A stretch of DNA of 64,000 nt from Bacteroidia bacterium (lineage in GTDB: Bacteria; Bacteroidota; Bacteroidia; M30B66): positions 128,001-192,000 of the forward strand of contig OZ257142.1 of the NCBI GenBank assembly GCA_965279035.1, in the 5' to 3' direction. The notes under the pieces were generated by a model. That model made no database searches. It was not told the DNA's origin and saw nothing but the letters and a program-made list of their open reading frames with translations. A program made the translations under genes and the position numbers. Positions within the stretch are counted from its first letter, which is position 1, and each line of letters begins with the position of its first letter. Positions 50,495-58,827 of this stretch are shown here, in pieces.

Positions 50495-52393
50495 TTTTGA
50501 CGAAATTGATAGAGCTGTATTATAAATAGCATCTGCATCGTAGCCGCATTCAGCCCAGAGTTCGGGTTGTGTGCCATGTTCCACAATGCTATCGGGAATT
50601 CCAAGTCGTTTTACGCGGGCAGAATATCCATGATCAGCCATAAATTCTAAAACGGCAGATCCGAAACCACCTTGAACGCAGCCATCCTCAACAGTAATGA
50701 TGTATTTGTAGTGTTTGAAGATAGTATGAAGCAATTCTTCGTCGATGGGTTTTACGAAACGCATATCGTATAAGCCAACGTCAAGGCCATTTTCAACCAA
50801 ACGATCAACCGCTACAGAAGCCATATTTCCCATGTGGCCAATGCTTAAAATAGCAAGGTCTTTTCCTGTACGCAACGTTCTTCCTTTCCCAATTTCGAGA
50901 AGTTGAAGTGGTTTTTTCCAGTCTATCATCACTCCGTTTCCGCGTGGATAACGAATACTGAATGGTGCTGGCGTTTTGTAAGCGGTGAACATGAGATTCC
51001 GAAGCTCTTCTTCATTCATAGGAGCAGAAACAATCATGTTGGGTATGCAGCGCATGTAGGCAATGTCATATGCACCATGATGCGTAGGTCCATCGGCACC
51101 CGCCAATCCACCGCGATCGAGGCAAAATACAACATGCAAATTTTGAATGGCTACATCGTGAATCACTTGATCATACGCACGTTGCATGAATGAACTGTAA
51201 ATATTACAGAAGGGAATCATACCTTGTGTAGCCAAACCTGCAGAAAAAGTAACGGCATGTTGCTCACAAATCCCCACATCGAAAGCACGATCGGGAATTT
51301 CCTTCATCATAATATTAAGCGAACAACCCGAAGGCATTGCAGGTGTAATTCCAACAACTCGCGCATCTTCTTTTGCTATCTCAACTAAAGTATGACCGAA
51401 AACATCTTGGTACTTAGGCGGTTCTGGTCCTTTTTTGGGTGCTTTAATTATTTCACCCGTGTCTTTATTGAATAATCCCGGAGCATGCCATAATGTTTGG
51501 TCTTCCTCAGCAAGCTTGTATCCTTTGCCTTTCACCGTAAGCACGTGCAGAAGTTTAGGTCCGGGAATGTCTTTGAGGTCATTCATCACCTGAACCAAAC
51601 GATTCACGTCATGTCCATCAACCGGTCCGAAATAGCGGAAATTCAATGATTCGAAAAGGTTGCTTTGCTGAAGAACAGCACTCTTGATTGCATTTTCTAC
51701 CTTTTGAACGATGGCTTGAGCATTCGGTCCAAACTTGGAGATTTTCCCAAGCAGATTCCACACTTCATCTTTCACACGGTTGTAAGTGTGTGAAGTGGTA
51801 ATATCCGTAAGATATTCTTTCAATGCACCAACATTGGGATCGATCGACATACAGTTGTCGTTCAAAATCACCAACATATTATTATTAGAAGCACCCGCAT
51901 TGTTCAAGGCTTCGAATGCCATTCCACCTGTAAGCGCCCCATCTCCAATAACAGCAATGTGTTGACGTTTGGTATCCCCTTTCAAATGTGAAGCGATAGC
52001 CATTCCGAGTGTCGCCGAAATAGATGTTGAACTGTGCCCAACTCCAAAAGTATCGTATTCGCTTTCTTTCCGTTTAGGGAAACCGCTAATTCCTCCGTAG
52101 ATCCGATTTGTATGAAATATTTCTCTACGACCAGTCAGCATTTTATGCCCATAGGCCTGATGTCCAACATCCCAAACGAGTTGATCGTCGGGAGTATTGA
52201 ATGCATAATGCAAAGCAACTGAAAGTTCAACTGTTCCTAGGCTAGCGCCAAAGTGCCCTCCTTTTACAGATACAATATCGATGATGTATTGACGTAACTC
52301 ATTGCAGATTTGCACGAGATCGTCTTCTTTGAATCGTCTTAGATCGGCAGGAGAGTCGATCTGAGCAAGCAATTCACCTGGAATAATGTTCAT
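50453..52393 (-). CDS. dxs: 1-deoxy-D-xylulose-5-phosphate synthase
   Basis: GGHFGASLG, WDVGHQAYGHK, GDGALTGG, DVGICEQHAV, DGPTHHG; start at ATG 52393 (MNIIPGELL) after TACCTTTG box. Confidence 0.97.
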   Translation of the reverse strand: MNIIPGELLAQIDSPADLRRFKEDDLVQICNELRQYIIDIVSVKGGHFGASLGTVELSVALHYAFNTPDDQLVWDVGHQAYGHKMLTGRREIFHTNRIYGGISGFPKRKESEYDTFGVGHSSTSISATLGMAIASHLKGDTKRQHIAVIGDGALTGGMAFEALNNAGASNNNMLVILNDNCMSIDPNVGALKEYLTDITTSHTYNRVKDEVWNLLGKISKFGPNAQAIVQKVENAIKSAVLQQSNLFESLNFRYFGPVDGHDVNRLVQVMNDLKDIPGPKLLHVLTVKGKGYKLAEEDQTLWHAPGLFNKDTGEIIKAPKKGPEPPKYQDVFGHTLVEIAKEDARVVGITPAMPSGCSLNIMMKEIPDRAFDVGICEQHAVTFSAGLATQGMIPFCNIYSSFMQRAYDQVIHDVAIQNLHVVFCLDRGGLAGADGPTHHGAYDIAYMRCIPNMIVSAPMNEEELRNLMFTAYKTPAPFSIRYPRGNGVMIDWKKPLQLLEIGKGRTLRTGKDLAILSIGHMGNMASVAVDRLVENGLDVGLYDMRFVKPIDEELLHTIFKHYKYIITVEDGCVQGGFGSAVLEFMADHGYSARVKRLGIPDSIVEHGTQPELWAECGYDADAIYNTALSISSKTPGLKSEAAHHRI

Positions 52394-52420
52394 AGGCCTG
52401 GTTGACGGCGAGATAGGTTT

Positions 52421-52428
52421 CAAAGGTA
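52421..52428 (-). promoter_or_regulatory. Bacteroidota -7 promoter box (TACCTTTG) for dxs
   Basis: Exact TAnnTTTG 28 nt upstream of ATG 52393. Confidence 0.65.
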
Positions 52429-52500
52429 GTGTATCTGTTGGAAAATATGTTCTGATAAACAGAGAATGGGTGGAAATGTTGTGGGGGAAGGGGATTTTGG

Positions 52501-52722
52501 AGCCTCGGACTGAAGTCGGGGGGGATGGGGGGAAGGGAGCTGGAATATAGATAGGGCTGGACAACCCCGGACTGAAGTCCGAGGGTGCTGGGGGAAGGGA
52601 GCTAGATTTTAGAGAGGGAGATCTGCTGTCCTTGACTCTTATCGGATACCCCTCGGACTGAAGTCCGAGGTTGCTGGAGGGGAGGGTGCGGAATTTTAGT
52701 TAGGGTGAGCTGAAGTCCTGGG
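52501..52722 (+). repeat. Left tandem array of REP-like units
   Basis: Palindromes at 52503, 52565 and 52651 plus a degenerate half at ~52709; each followed by G-rich tract and GAGCTGGATTTTAGA-like box. Confidence 0.9.
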
Positions 52723-52827
52723 ATGCGGGAGATGCAAATCTATTGCGTGTAATGCAAAAGGATGATAATAAAACAAGGCTAGATTTATACGATATATTCA
52801 TCAATAGTAAAATCAATATTAAATAGT

Positions 52828-53229
52828 ATGGGAAGAGTTACTGTATTTATTCATATCGTATTCAGTACAAAGTATGGGCATCGAATACTTACTGAGGAAT
52901 TGATTGAAACATTAAAACTCTATCTTAAAGATCAATCTATTTTAAAACCCTTTGAAGTAATCGAATTTAATGGTTTTGAAAATCATATCCATTGTCTAAT
53001 AAGCTGCCATTCGGGCATTTCTCTTCCAGATTGTGTAAAATGGTTAAAAGGGTCATCATCAAGATGGCTGAATCAACAATCCTATTTTAAGCATCATTTT
53101 AAATGGAAAGTTGGGTATTATGCTACGAGAATTCCTTCAACTGAATATGATAGGGTAGTTCGCTATATACAAAATCAACAGGTCACTCATTTAAAGCGTT
53201 TGGGAAAAGAGAAGCTGGCCCCGGACTGA
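52828..53229 (+). CDS. tnpA: IS200/IS605-family Y1 HUH transposase (TnpA / RAYT-like)
   Basis: HIVFSTKY, HUH motif NHIH, KGSSSRWLN, catalytic Tyr in VRYIQNQ. Confidence 0.9.
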   Translation: MGRVTVFIHIVFSTKYGHRILTEELIETLKLYLKDQSILKPFEVIEFNGFENHIHCLISCHSGISLPDCVKWLKGSSSRWLNQQSYFKHHFKWKVGYYATRIPSTEYDRVVRYIQNQQVTHLKRLGKEKLAPD

Positions 53230-53433
53230 AGTCCGGGGGGTTGGGGGGAAGGGTGCTGAAATATAGATAAGGTGAGACGAAGCCTCGGAATGAAGTCCGA
53301 GGGTGCTGGGGGGAAGGGAGATGGATTTTAGATATTGTGCGTCGTATTCTCGGACTGAAGTCCGAGGTTGCCGAGGGAAAGGGAGCTGGATTTTAGATAT
53401 AGTGCGCAGCAGCCTCGGACTTCAGTCCGGGGT
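53219..53433 (+). repeat. Right tandem array of REP-like units ending in an inverted copy
   Basis: Palindromes at 53219, 53283, 53348 (GAA loop) and 53413 (inverted, TTC loop); spacing 64/65/65 nt. Confidence 0.92.
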
Positions 53434-54183
53434 TTATGAGAACCAGTTTGCCAGATCTTCAATACGCAATTGTTTTTTTGCATCACCCGAAACATCACGT
53501 ATAACCTGCCCTTCGGATAGTTGTATGATTCGGCTTCCGACCTGAATGCATTGTCGCAGCTCATGTGTTACCATGATTGCAGTGATTTTTTTTTCGAGTA
53601 AGATGCGCTGGGTGAGTTCCAAAATACGAGCTGCTGATCGAGGATCCAATGCTGCAGTAGGCTCATCTAACAATAATACATCTAAGGTGTCGAAGGTTGC
53701 CATGAGTAAGGAAAGAGCTTGCCTTTGTCCACCTGAAAAACTTCCCATGGGTTGATCAAGCCTGTTTTCTAAGCCCATAGCGAGGATGCTCACATGTGCA
53801 GAAACTACTTTCCGGAAAGCAGAATCAACTCCAATTCGCAATCCCTTGTTTTGAGTGCGTAATGATGCTAGTCGGAAATTATCGATCAACGAAAGATCAG
53901 GGGCTGTTCCAGCTGTTGGGTCTTGGAATATTCGAGCAATAGAAGCACTTCGTTTATAGCTAGGCAGTGATTGTATTTGTTTTCCGTTGATAGAAATGCT
54001 TCCTGAATCAGGTAAAAAGGAGCCTGCGATGAGATTGAGCAGCGTTGATTTTCCAGAACCATTCGACCCAACCATCACATTGAAGGAACCGACCTCTAAG
54101 GTTAGGTTGATGCTTTTTACAGCAATCACTTGACGTTCGGTGCCGGGGAAAAAAGTCTTGTTCAGATTCTTAATCTCAATCAT
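53434..54183 (-). CDS. ABC transporter ATP-binding protein
   Basis: GSNGSGKST, IFQDP, FSGGQRQAL, LLLDEPTAALDP. Confidence 0.93.
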   Translation of the reverse strand: MIEIKNLNKTFFPGTERQVIAVKSINLTLEVGSFNVMVGSNGSGKSTLLNLIAGSFLPDSGSISINGKQIQSLPSYKRSASIARIFQDPTAGTAPDLSLIDNFRLASLRTQNKGLRIGVDSAFRKVVSAHVSILAMGLENRLDQPMGSFSGGQRQALSLLMATFDTLDVLLLDEPTAALDPRSAARILELTQRILLEKKITAIMVTHELRQCIQVGSRIIQLSEGQVIRDVSGDAKKQLRIEDLANWFS

Positions 54184-55052
54184 TTGAAGGCCATTTTTCC
54201 TTTGAAACGTGGAATACTCACAAACAAGAGAACGACTCCAGCTGTGATGAGCTTAAGCAAATTGGGATCGGCTCCTGATGCCAAGGTAAATGCAATAACA
54301 ATCCGAAAAATGATGCATCCAAGCAGAACACCTACTATCCGCCAGGCAATACCCTGACGTTTAAAAAGATCCATTAAGGTTTCACCAATCATCACGGAAC
54401 CAAGTCCAACGATGACGATTCCAATGCCCATATTGATATCAGAAAACTGCTGGAGTTGAGCTACAATACTCCCACTGAAGGCCGTTAAGGCATTGGCGAT
54501 AGCTAAACCAATAATTTTCATCCGATTGGTATTGACGCCCATTGCATTCACCATGGATTCGGAGTTTCCAGTGGCGCGCATGGCTAATCCAAAGTCGGTT
54601 TTGAGCATAAAAACCAGAAACAAACCGAGGATCGACATCAAAATCAACAACAGAATTCCCTGATCGAGATAGGAAGATCCCGTTGGTTGAAAGGCAAAAA
54701 ACACATGATTCACCTGCAACAGCGGAATATTGGATCGTCCCATCAGGATGAGATTTACCGAATACAGGGCGGTCATTACTAAAATGCCAGATAGAAGCGC
54801 ATTTACGCGAAGTCGAGTATGAATAATCCCGGTGAGCATACCGGCCAATCCACCACCAATCATGGAACAGAGTAAAACCCAATACCAAGAAATTCCATCA
54901 GTAAGCTGAACGGCTGTGATTGCAGCACCTAATGTAAAACTACCGTCGGTGGTGATATCTGGAATGTTAAAAATTTTAAGCGTAAGAAAGATCCCCCAAC
55001 CAAGCGCACACAGGGCAAGACCAAGACTGATGGCGGTTAAGTAAAACTGCAT
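54180..55052 (-). CDS. ABC transporter permease (putative aromatic amino-acid uptake family)
   Basis: PDITTDGSFTLG, LLSGIL..ALYSVNL, GLAMRATG, DINMGIG. Confidence 0.88.
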   Translation of the reverse strand: MQFYLTAISLGLALCALGWGIFLTLKIFNIPDITTDGSFTLGAAITAVQLTDGISWYWVLLCSMIGGGLAGMLTGIIHTRLRVNALLSGILVMTALYSVNLILMGRSNIPLLQVNHVFFAFQPTGSSYLDQGILLLILMSILGLFLVFMLKTDFGLAMRATGNSESMVNAMGVNTNRMKIIGLAIANALTAFSGSIVAQLQQFSDINMGIGIVIVGLGSVMIGETLMDLFKRQGIAWRIVGVLLGCIIFRIVIAFTLASGADPNLLKLITAGVVLLFVSIPRFKGKMAFK

Positions 55053-56002
55053 TAGGAAACCGGTTTAAACGAAGCGTTGGGTTGAAAACCGTATTTCTTG
55101 GCTTTCTCGGGGTTGAACATGCGTGCTCGTTTTTTCAATTTTATGGGATATGGCAGTTTACCCGTTTTGAGAAATTTAGCAGCTTCCTGTCCGGATGCGT
55201 ATCCCCATTCATAGATATCGGCTCCAAAACCAGCAAGTGCTCCACGGCTAACCAATCCTGATTCGGAGGTAATGATGGGAATTCCCGCTTTATCGCAGCT
55301 ACTAACAATGGTTTCGAATGAAGCAAAAATGGTGTTATCGGGTAAGGCAAAGAATACGTCAATTTTTTGATCAATCAGACGTTCCATCACGAGTTGTGTT
55401 TCGGCAGAGCTATTGGCTGGTAGGGAAATGATGGTCATTCCTTGTTTAGCTGCATCTTTCCGTATACGTTCAAGTGCATCCACACTTTGCGGCTCACTTT
55501 GATTGATCAGTGCACCAATCTTGAGTGCTTTGGGGAATATTTCATGAATGAGTGTGATGGCAGTGTCGATGTATTCGAGTGTTTCATAAACACCAAAAAG
55601 GTTGATTGGATCTTTCCCTTGAGGATTGCGCAAACCTGCAAGTTCTGGACTTGGGCTTACCATCATACAAACTGGAATTTGATTGGTTTTTTGAACTGCC
55701 GAAATGGTTGATAAAGTGGTATTGGTGGCGATGAGACTCACCTCTTGCGAAATGAAATAATCGATCGATTGTGTTAGTGCTGGAATATCACCTTGGGCAT
55801 TTCGGTAAATGACTTTCAGGTTTTTTTCGGGAATGTAGCCACTATCCTTTAATGCTGTGAAAAACCCTTTCTTCGCTTGAGAAATGGTTTCATCTTCGAA
55901 TGCATCTAAAAACGCAATGGTATGAAATGAATTCTTGCCTGACTGCGGAGTTGATCCACACGAAAGAAGGCAGAAAATAGAAAGATAGAGGATCAGTCTC
56001 AA
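55052..56002 (-). CDS. ABC transporter substrate-binding lipoprotein
   Basis: Lipobox LLSC, NAQGD, PDNTI; forms an operon with the permease and ATPase. Confidence 0.85.
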   Translation of the reverse strand: MRLILYLSIFCLLSCGSTPQSGKNSFHTIAFLDAFEDETISQAKKGFFTALKDSGYIPEKNLKVIYRNAQGDIPALTQSIDYFISQEVSLIATNTTLSTISAVQKTNQIPVCMMVSPSPELAGLRNPQGKDPINLFGVYETLEYIDTAITLIHEIFPKALKIGALINQSEPQSVDALERIRKDAAKQGMTIISLPANSSAETQLVMERLIDQKIDVFFALPDNTIFASFETIVSSCDKAGIPIITSESGLVSRGALAGFGADIYEWGYASGQEAAKFLKTGKLPYPIKLKKRARMFNPEKAKKYGFQPNASFKPVS

Positions 56003-56066
56003 GCAGCTTGGATTTGGGAAAAGAGCATAACAAAAGAATCAAAAAAGTGTTTTTGGAAACCAGAAA

Positions 56067-57071
56067 TCAGGACTTCTTGTAAACCAAATACATTTCGCTT
56101 CCAGTGGGATTTTCGCTTTCACGCTCCCACTCGTTGGCTAGATTTTTTTCAAATTCAATTCCCTCTTGAATCAAACTATAATCGCTAATTAGCTGAAACG
56201 ACTGTCCAAAAAGAGAAAGCGGATTCGACTTTATCGCATTGAGGCGTGTCTTCATGCGGTGTTTGAGGCCTTCTTTAGCGAATTTACGCGCCGTTTTCAA
56301 GCGAGCTATTTGATTACGTAGTGCCAACAAACGCACTTTTGCTGCCGAATCTCCTTTGGCAAGATCAAGGTTTGTAAGCGTATCGAGAATAAACACATCG
56401 GGAGTTTCGCACATCCATTCTAATGAACCGTATTGTTGATTGGCGAACCAGGCTTTTTCGGGATGATAGTTTTCGGCTTTCACCAAAATATCCATATCGG
56501 ACGAAGAAAGACGACGGAGATGCCCGATATCTTCGTAATAGAAGCGGTTTTTAATCTCCGGATTGATTCCACCTGGAATTGATGCGGCAAGATTATATTC
56601 GAAACTTCCTTTGTTTCCGCAGGGCAAGACATGAAAAATACGAGCTCCAACCTCTTGAAGTTTACTCATATCGGCCAACACGTTTTCTAATTCTGAAACA
56701 TGTTCGAGAACGTGATGAGAAAAGATTAAATCGAACTTTTCTTGGTCAGCAATGAGTTTGTTTATGTCTTCGAAACGGCAATCCGGGAAGCGTGTTCGTC
56801 CTGTTGACATTGCATTTTGAGAAATATCGCATCCTGTTATTTCCCAGTTGGGAAGTGCTTGTTTGAGCACTTGAGTAAATATCCCACGTCCGCAGCCAAA
56901 ATCAAGGGCTTTGCCTGTTTTAGGAAGATTTAGTTTTGTAATAAGTTCAGCAATTCGTTGCTTTTTCCATAAAGGCCATTCATCCATGTAGTCGTCTTTG
57001 TAACGACTTTCATAAAAGTTTTGGGCAACGTTCTGATCATTCAGTTCAATAGTAGTAACAGCCGGTTCCAT
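56067..57071 (-). CDS. Class I SAM-dependent methyltransferase
   Basis: ALDFGCGRG, GCDIS, FDLIFSHHVLEHV. Confidence 0.85.
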   Translation of the reverse strand: MEPAVTTIELNDQNVAQNFYESRYKDDYMDEWPLWKKQRIAELITKLNLPKTGKALDFGCGRGIFTQVLKQALPNWEITGCDISQNAMSTGRTRFPDCRFEDINKLIADQEKFDLIFSHHVLEHVSELENVLADMSKLQEVGARIFHVLPCGNKGSFEYNLAASIPGGINPEIKNRFYYEDIGHLRRLSSSDMDILVKAENYHPEKAWFANQQYGSLEWMCETPDVFILDTLTNLDLAKGDSAAKVRLLALRNQIARLKTARKFAKEGLKHRMKTRLNAIKSNPLSLFGQSFQLISDYSLIQEGIEFEKNLANEWERESENPTGSEMYLVYKKS

Positions 57072-57124
57072 GCTTTTTAATAAGCTGTGAAGATAAATAA
57101 GTTCCCACAGTTAGCCAACCCGTT

Positions 57125-58552
57125 TTACGAAACCTGCGAACGAATGATTGGAATGGAAAGGAGGTTTCGAACTGTTTCCATATCGATTGGTTTGGAGAGA
57201 AAATCCCTCACCATAGGATAACTACGAGCTTTTTTAACATCCTCAGGATCAATGGATGATGAATACATATATACATTCACAAAGCGATGCATGGATCGTA
57301 ATTCATCGAGAAATTCCCAACCGGTAATGCCCGGCATATTGATATCAAGAAGTAGAATATCGGGTTGAGCTGAGTCGAAACGTAATTTTTCGAGTGCCAT
57401 TTTCGCACTGAGAAACTCTGTTACTTTCACTGTTGGATCAGCGTTTTTCATCAAGCGCTGGGTGATATATGTAATTACTTGGTCGTCGTCAACAATCCAC
57501 ACATCATGAATTCGTTGGTCTTCTTTTTCATTAAAGAAAAGGCTTTTTTCCACTTCAACATCGAGTTCGGCCAAGGCTTGTCCCATTTCATGAACAACAC
57601 CATCGAGTTGACCAGTAAGCATTCGAAGTGTTTCAAGTGTAATGGTAACATCTTGTTTCGAATGCGACTCACTCTTAACCAGTTCAATCAAGCCTAAAAT
57701 ATTGGCAAGAGGTTGACGTAGTTTATGCGAAGTGAGGAATGCAAATTCTTTCAATCGTTTGTTTTGCTCGAGAATTCGGAGTTGGAAATCGCGTTTTTCG
57801 GTTGTATCGACAAGGTAAATTGAGACAACTGGTAAGCCATTTACTTCCACCATTTTCCGAATCACTTCAATAACTAAGGGTTTCCCATTGAATGTTGAAA
57901 ATCGGAGTTCTTTTCGTGATGTATCGCGTTGTTGAACAATGCGTTCTGATTCATTCCGAAGATCTTTTCTGGATGCTTCAGGCAGTTTCGAAAAATGAGT
58001 TTCGATAAAATCTTTCCCCAATAAATCCTCCCTTTTACATTCGAATAAATCGCAATAGGCCTGATTTACACGAACAAATATCCCTTTGCTATCAGTGAAA
58101 CACATCGGCATTACAGCCTGTTCGTAAATTTCATCGTATTCTTTCCAACTTCTGCGAAGCTTCTGTTCTTGTTGTTTTCGAAAAGTAATATCCTCTTCGA
58201 GTGCTATGTATCCAGCAATTTTGCCGCTTTCATCGAGAACGGGTGTTATATCGAGCTGAGCCCAATACATACGACCATCTTTGGTATAGTTGATTTGCTC
58301 TTCTTTTACCGGTTCGCCATTATCTAGTTTAACTTTGATTTCGGCTGCTTTAACTAAATTGGTTTCGGGTCCAAAAAGAAATTCTGAGGGTTTTTTGCCT
58401 TTGATTTCTTCCAAACTATACCCTGTTCCTTGAATAAAACTTTCATTTACCCAATCAATACGGCGTTTCGCATCAGTAATGATAACCATGTTACCCATTC
58501 TGTCTGCTACTAAAGCTAATTTTTCTAATACGGACAATAATTGCATAAGCAT
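57125..58552 (-). CDS. PAS-PAS-HisKA(DHp)-receiver signalling protein lacking a HATPase domain
   Basis: Two PAS/PAC domains, H-box SHKLRQPLANILG, REC IVDDD/LLDINMP/SKP. Confidence 0.85.
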   Translation of the reverse strand: MLMQLLSVLEKLALVADRMGNMVIITDAKRRIDWVNESFIQGTGYSLEEIKGKKPSEFLFGPETNLVKAAEIKVKLDNGEPVKEEQINYTKDGRMYWAQLDITPVLDESGKIAGYIALEEDITFRKQQEQKLRRSWKEYDEIYEQAVMPMCFTDSKGIFVRVNQAYCDLFECKREDLLGKDFIETHFSKLPEASRKDLRNESERIVQQRDTSRKELRFSTFNGKPLVIEVIRKMVEVNGLPVVSIYLVDTTEKRDFQLRILEQNKRLKEFAFLTSHKLRQPLANILGLIELVKSESHSKQDVTITLETLRMLTGQLDGVVHEMGQALAELDVEVEKSLFFNEKEDQRIHDVWIVDDDQVITYITQRLMKNADPTVKVTEFLSAKMALEKLRFDSAQPDILLLDINMPGITGWEFLDELRSMHRFVNVYMYSSSIDPEDVKKARSYPMVRDFLSKPIDMETVRNLLSIPIIRSQVS

Positions 58553-58718
58553 CGTGCTGTTCAGGTAGAGTTTACCCTAAAAAGCACCCATAGGTTGCGG
58601 CCTAAATTGTGTCAAATGCAACTAATTCGTGTAGTTAATTACATGATGATCTTAGATAATCGAGTTCAAATTGGCTGAAATATCTTGTCCACAAACTTGT
58701 CCCAATCCACTAATAACA

Positions 58719-58766
58719 ACGGTTCCTGCTATGGTAGAATACTAAACTCAACCTAGCAGGAACCGT
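58719..58766. other. Long intergenic hairpin (terminator or structured RNA)
   Basis: ACGGTTCCTGCTA(T)GGT / ACCTAGCAGGAACCGT, 16-bp stem with one bulge. Confidence 0.6.
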
Positions 58767-58827
58767 GAATAAACTTTCATGCTAGGTAGAAACCCCTAGC
58801 AGGGAATAATTGAAGGATTTGTGAGTA

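Larger units (their letters stand above)
52501..53433 (+). mobile_element. IS200-like TnpA / RAYT-like locus with flanking palindromic repeat arrays
   Basis: Single Y1-HUH gene bracketed by 7 full palindromes and 1 partial; no tnpB. Confidence 0.75.

Noticed and set aside
52394-52564. 57-aa Pro-rich N-terminal extension of dxs in the ORF track
   Set aside because: It is read-through of the promoter and the C-rich strand of the repeat array; the -7 box at 52421-52428 supports ATG 52393
52501-53433. CRISPR array (palindromic repeats with ~64-nt period)
   Set aside because: The inter-repeat segments are homologous to each other rather than unique spacers, one copy is inverted, there are no cas genes, and the array is interrupted by a Y1 transposase
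53303-53564. Short ORFs 53303..53545 (+) and 53328..53564 (-) with repeated RTEVRG peptides
   Set aside because: They are translations of the DNA repeats overlapping the ABC ATPase gene
58200-58500. LOV blue-light photoreceptor
   Set aside because: The GRNCRFLQ motif is replaced by GKKPSEFLF, so the essential Cys is absent
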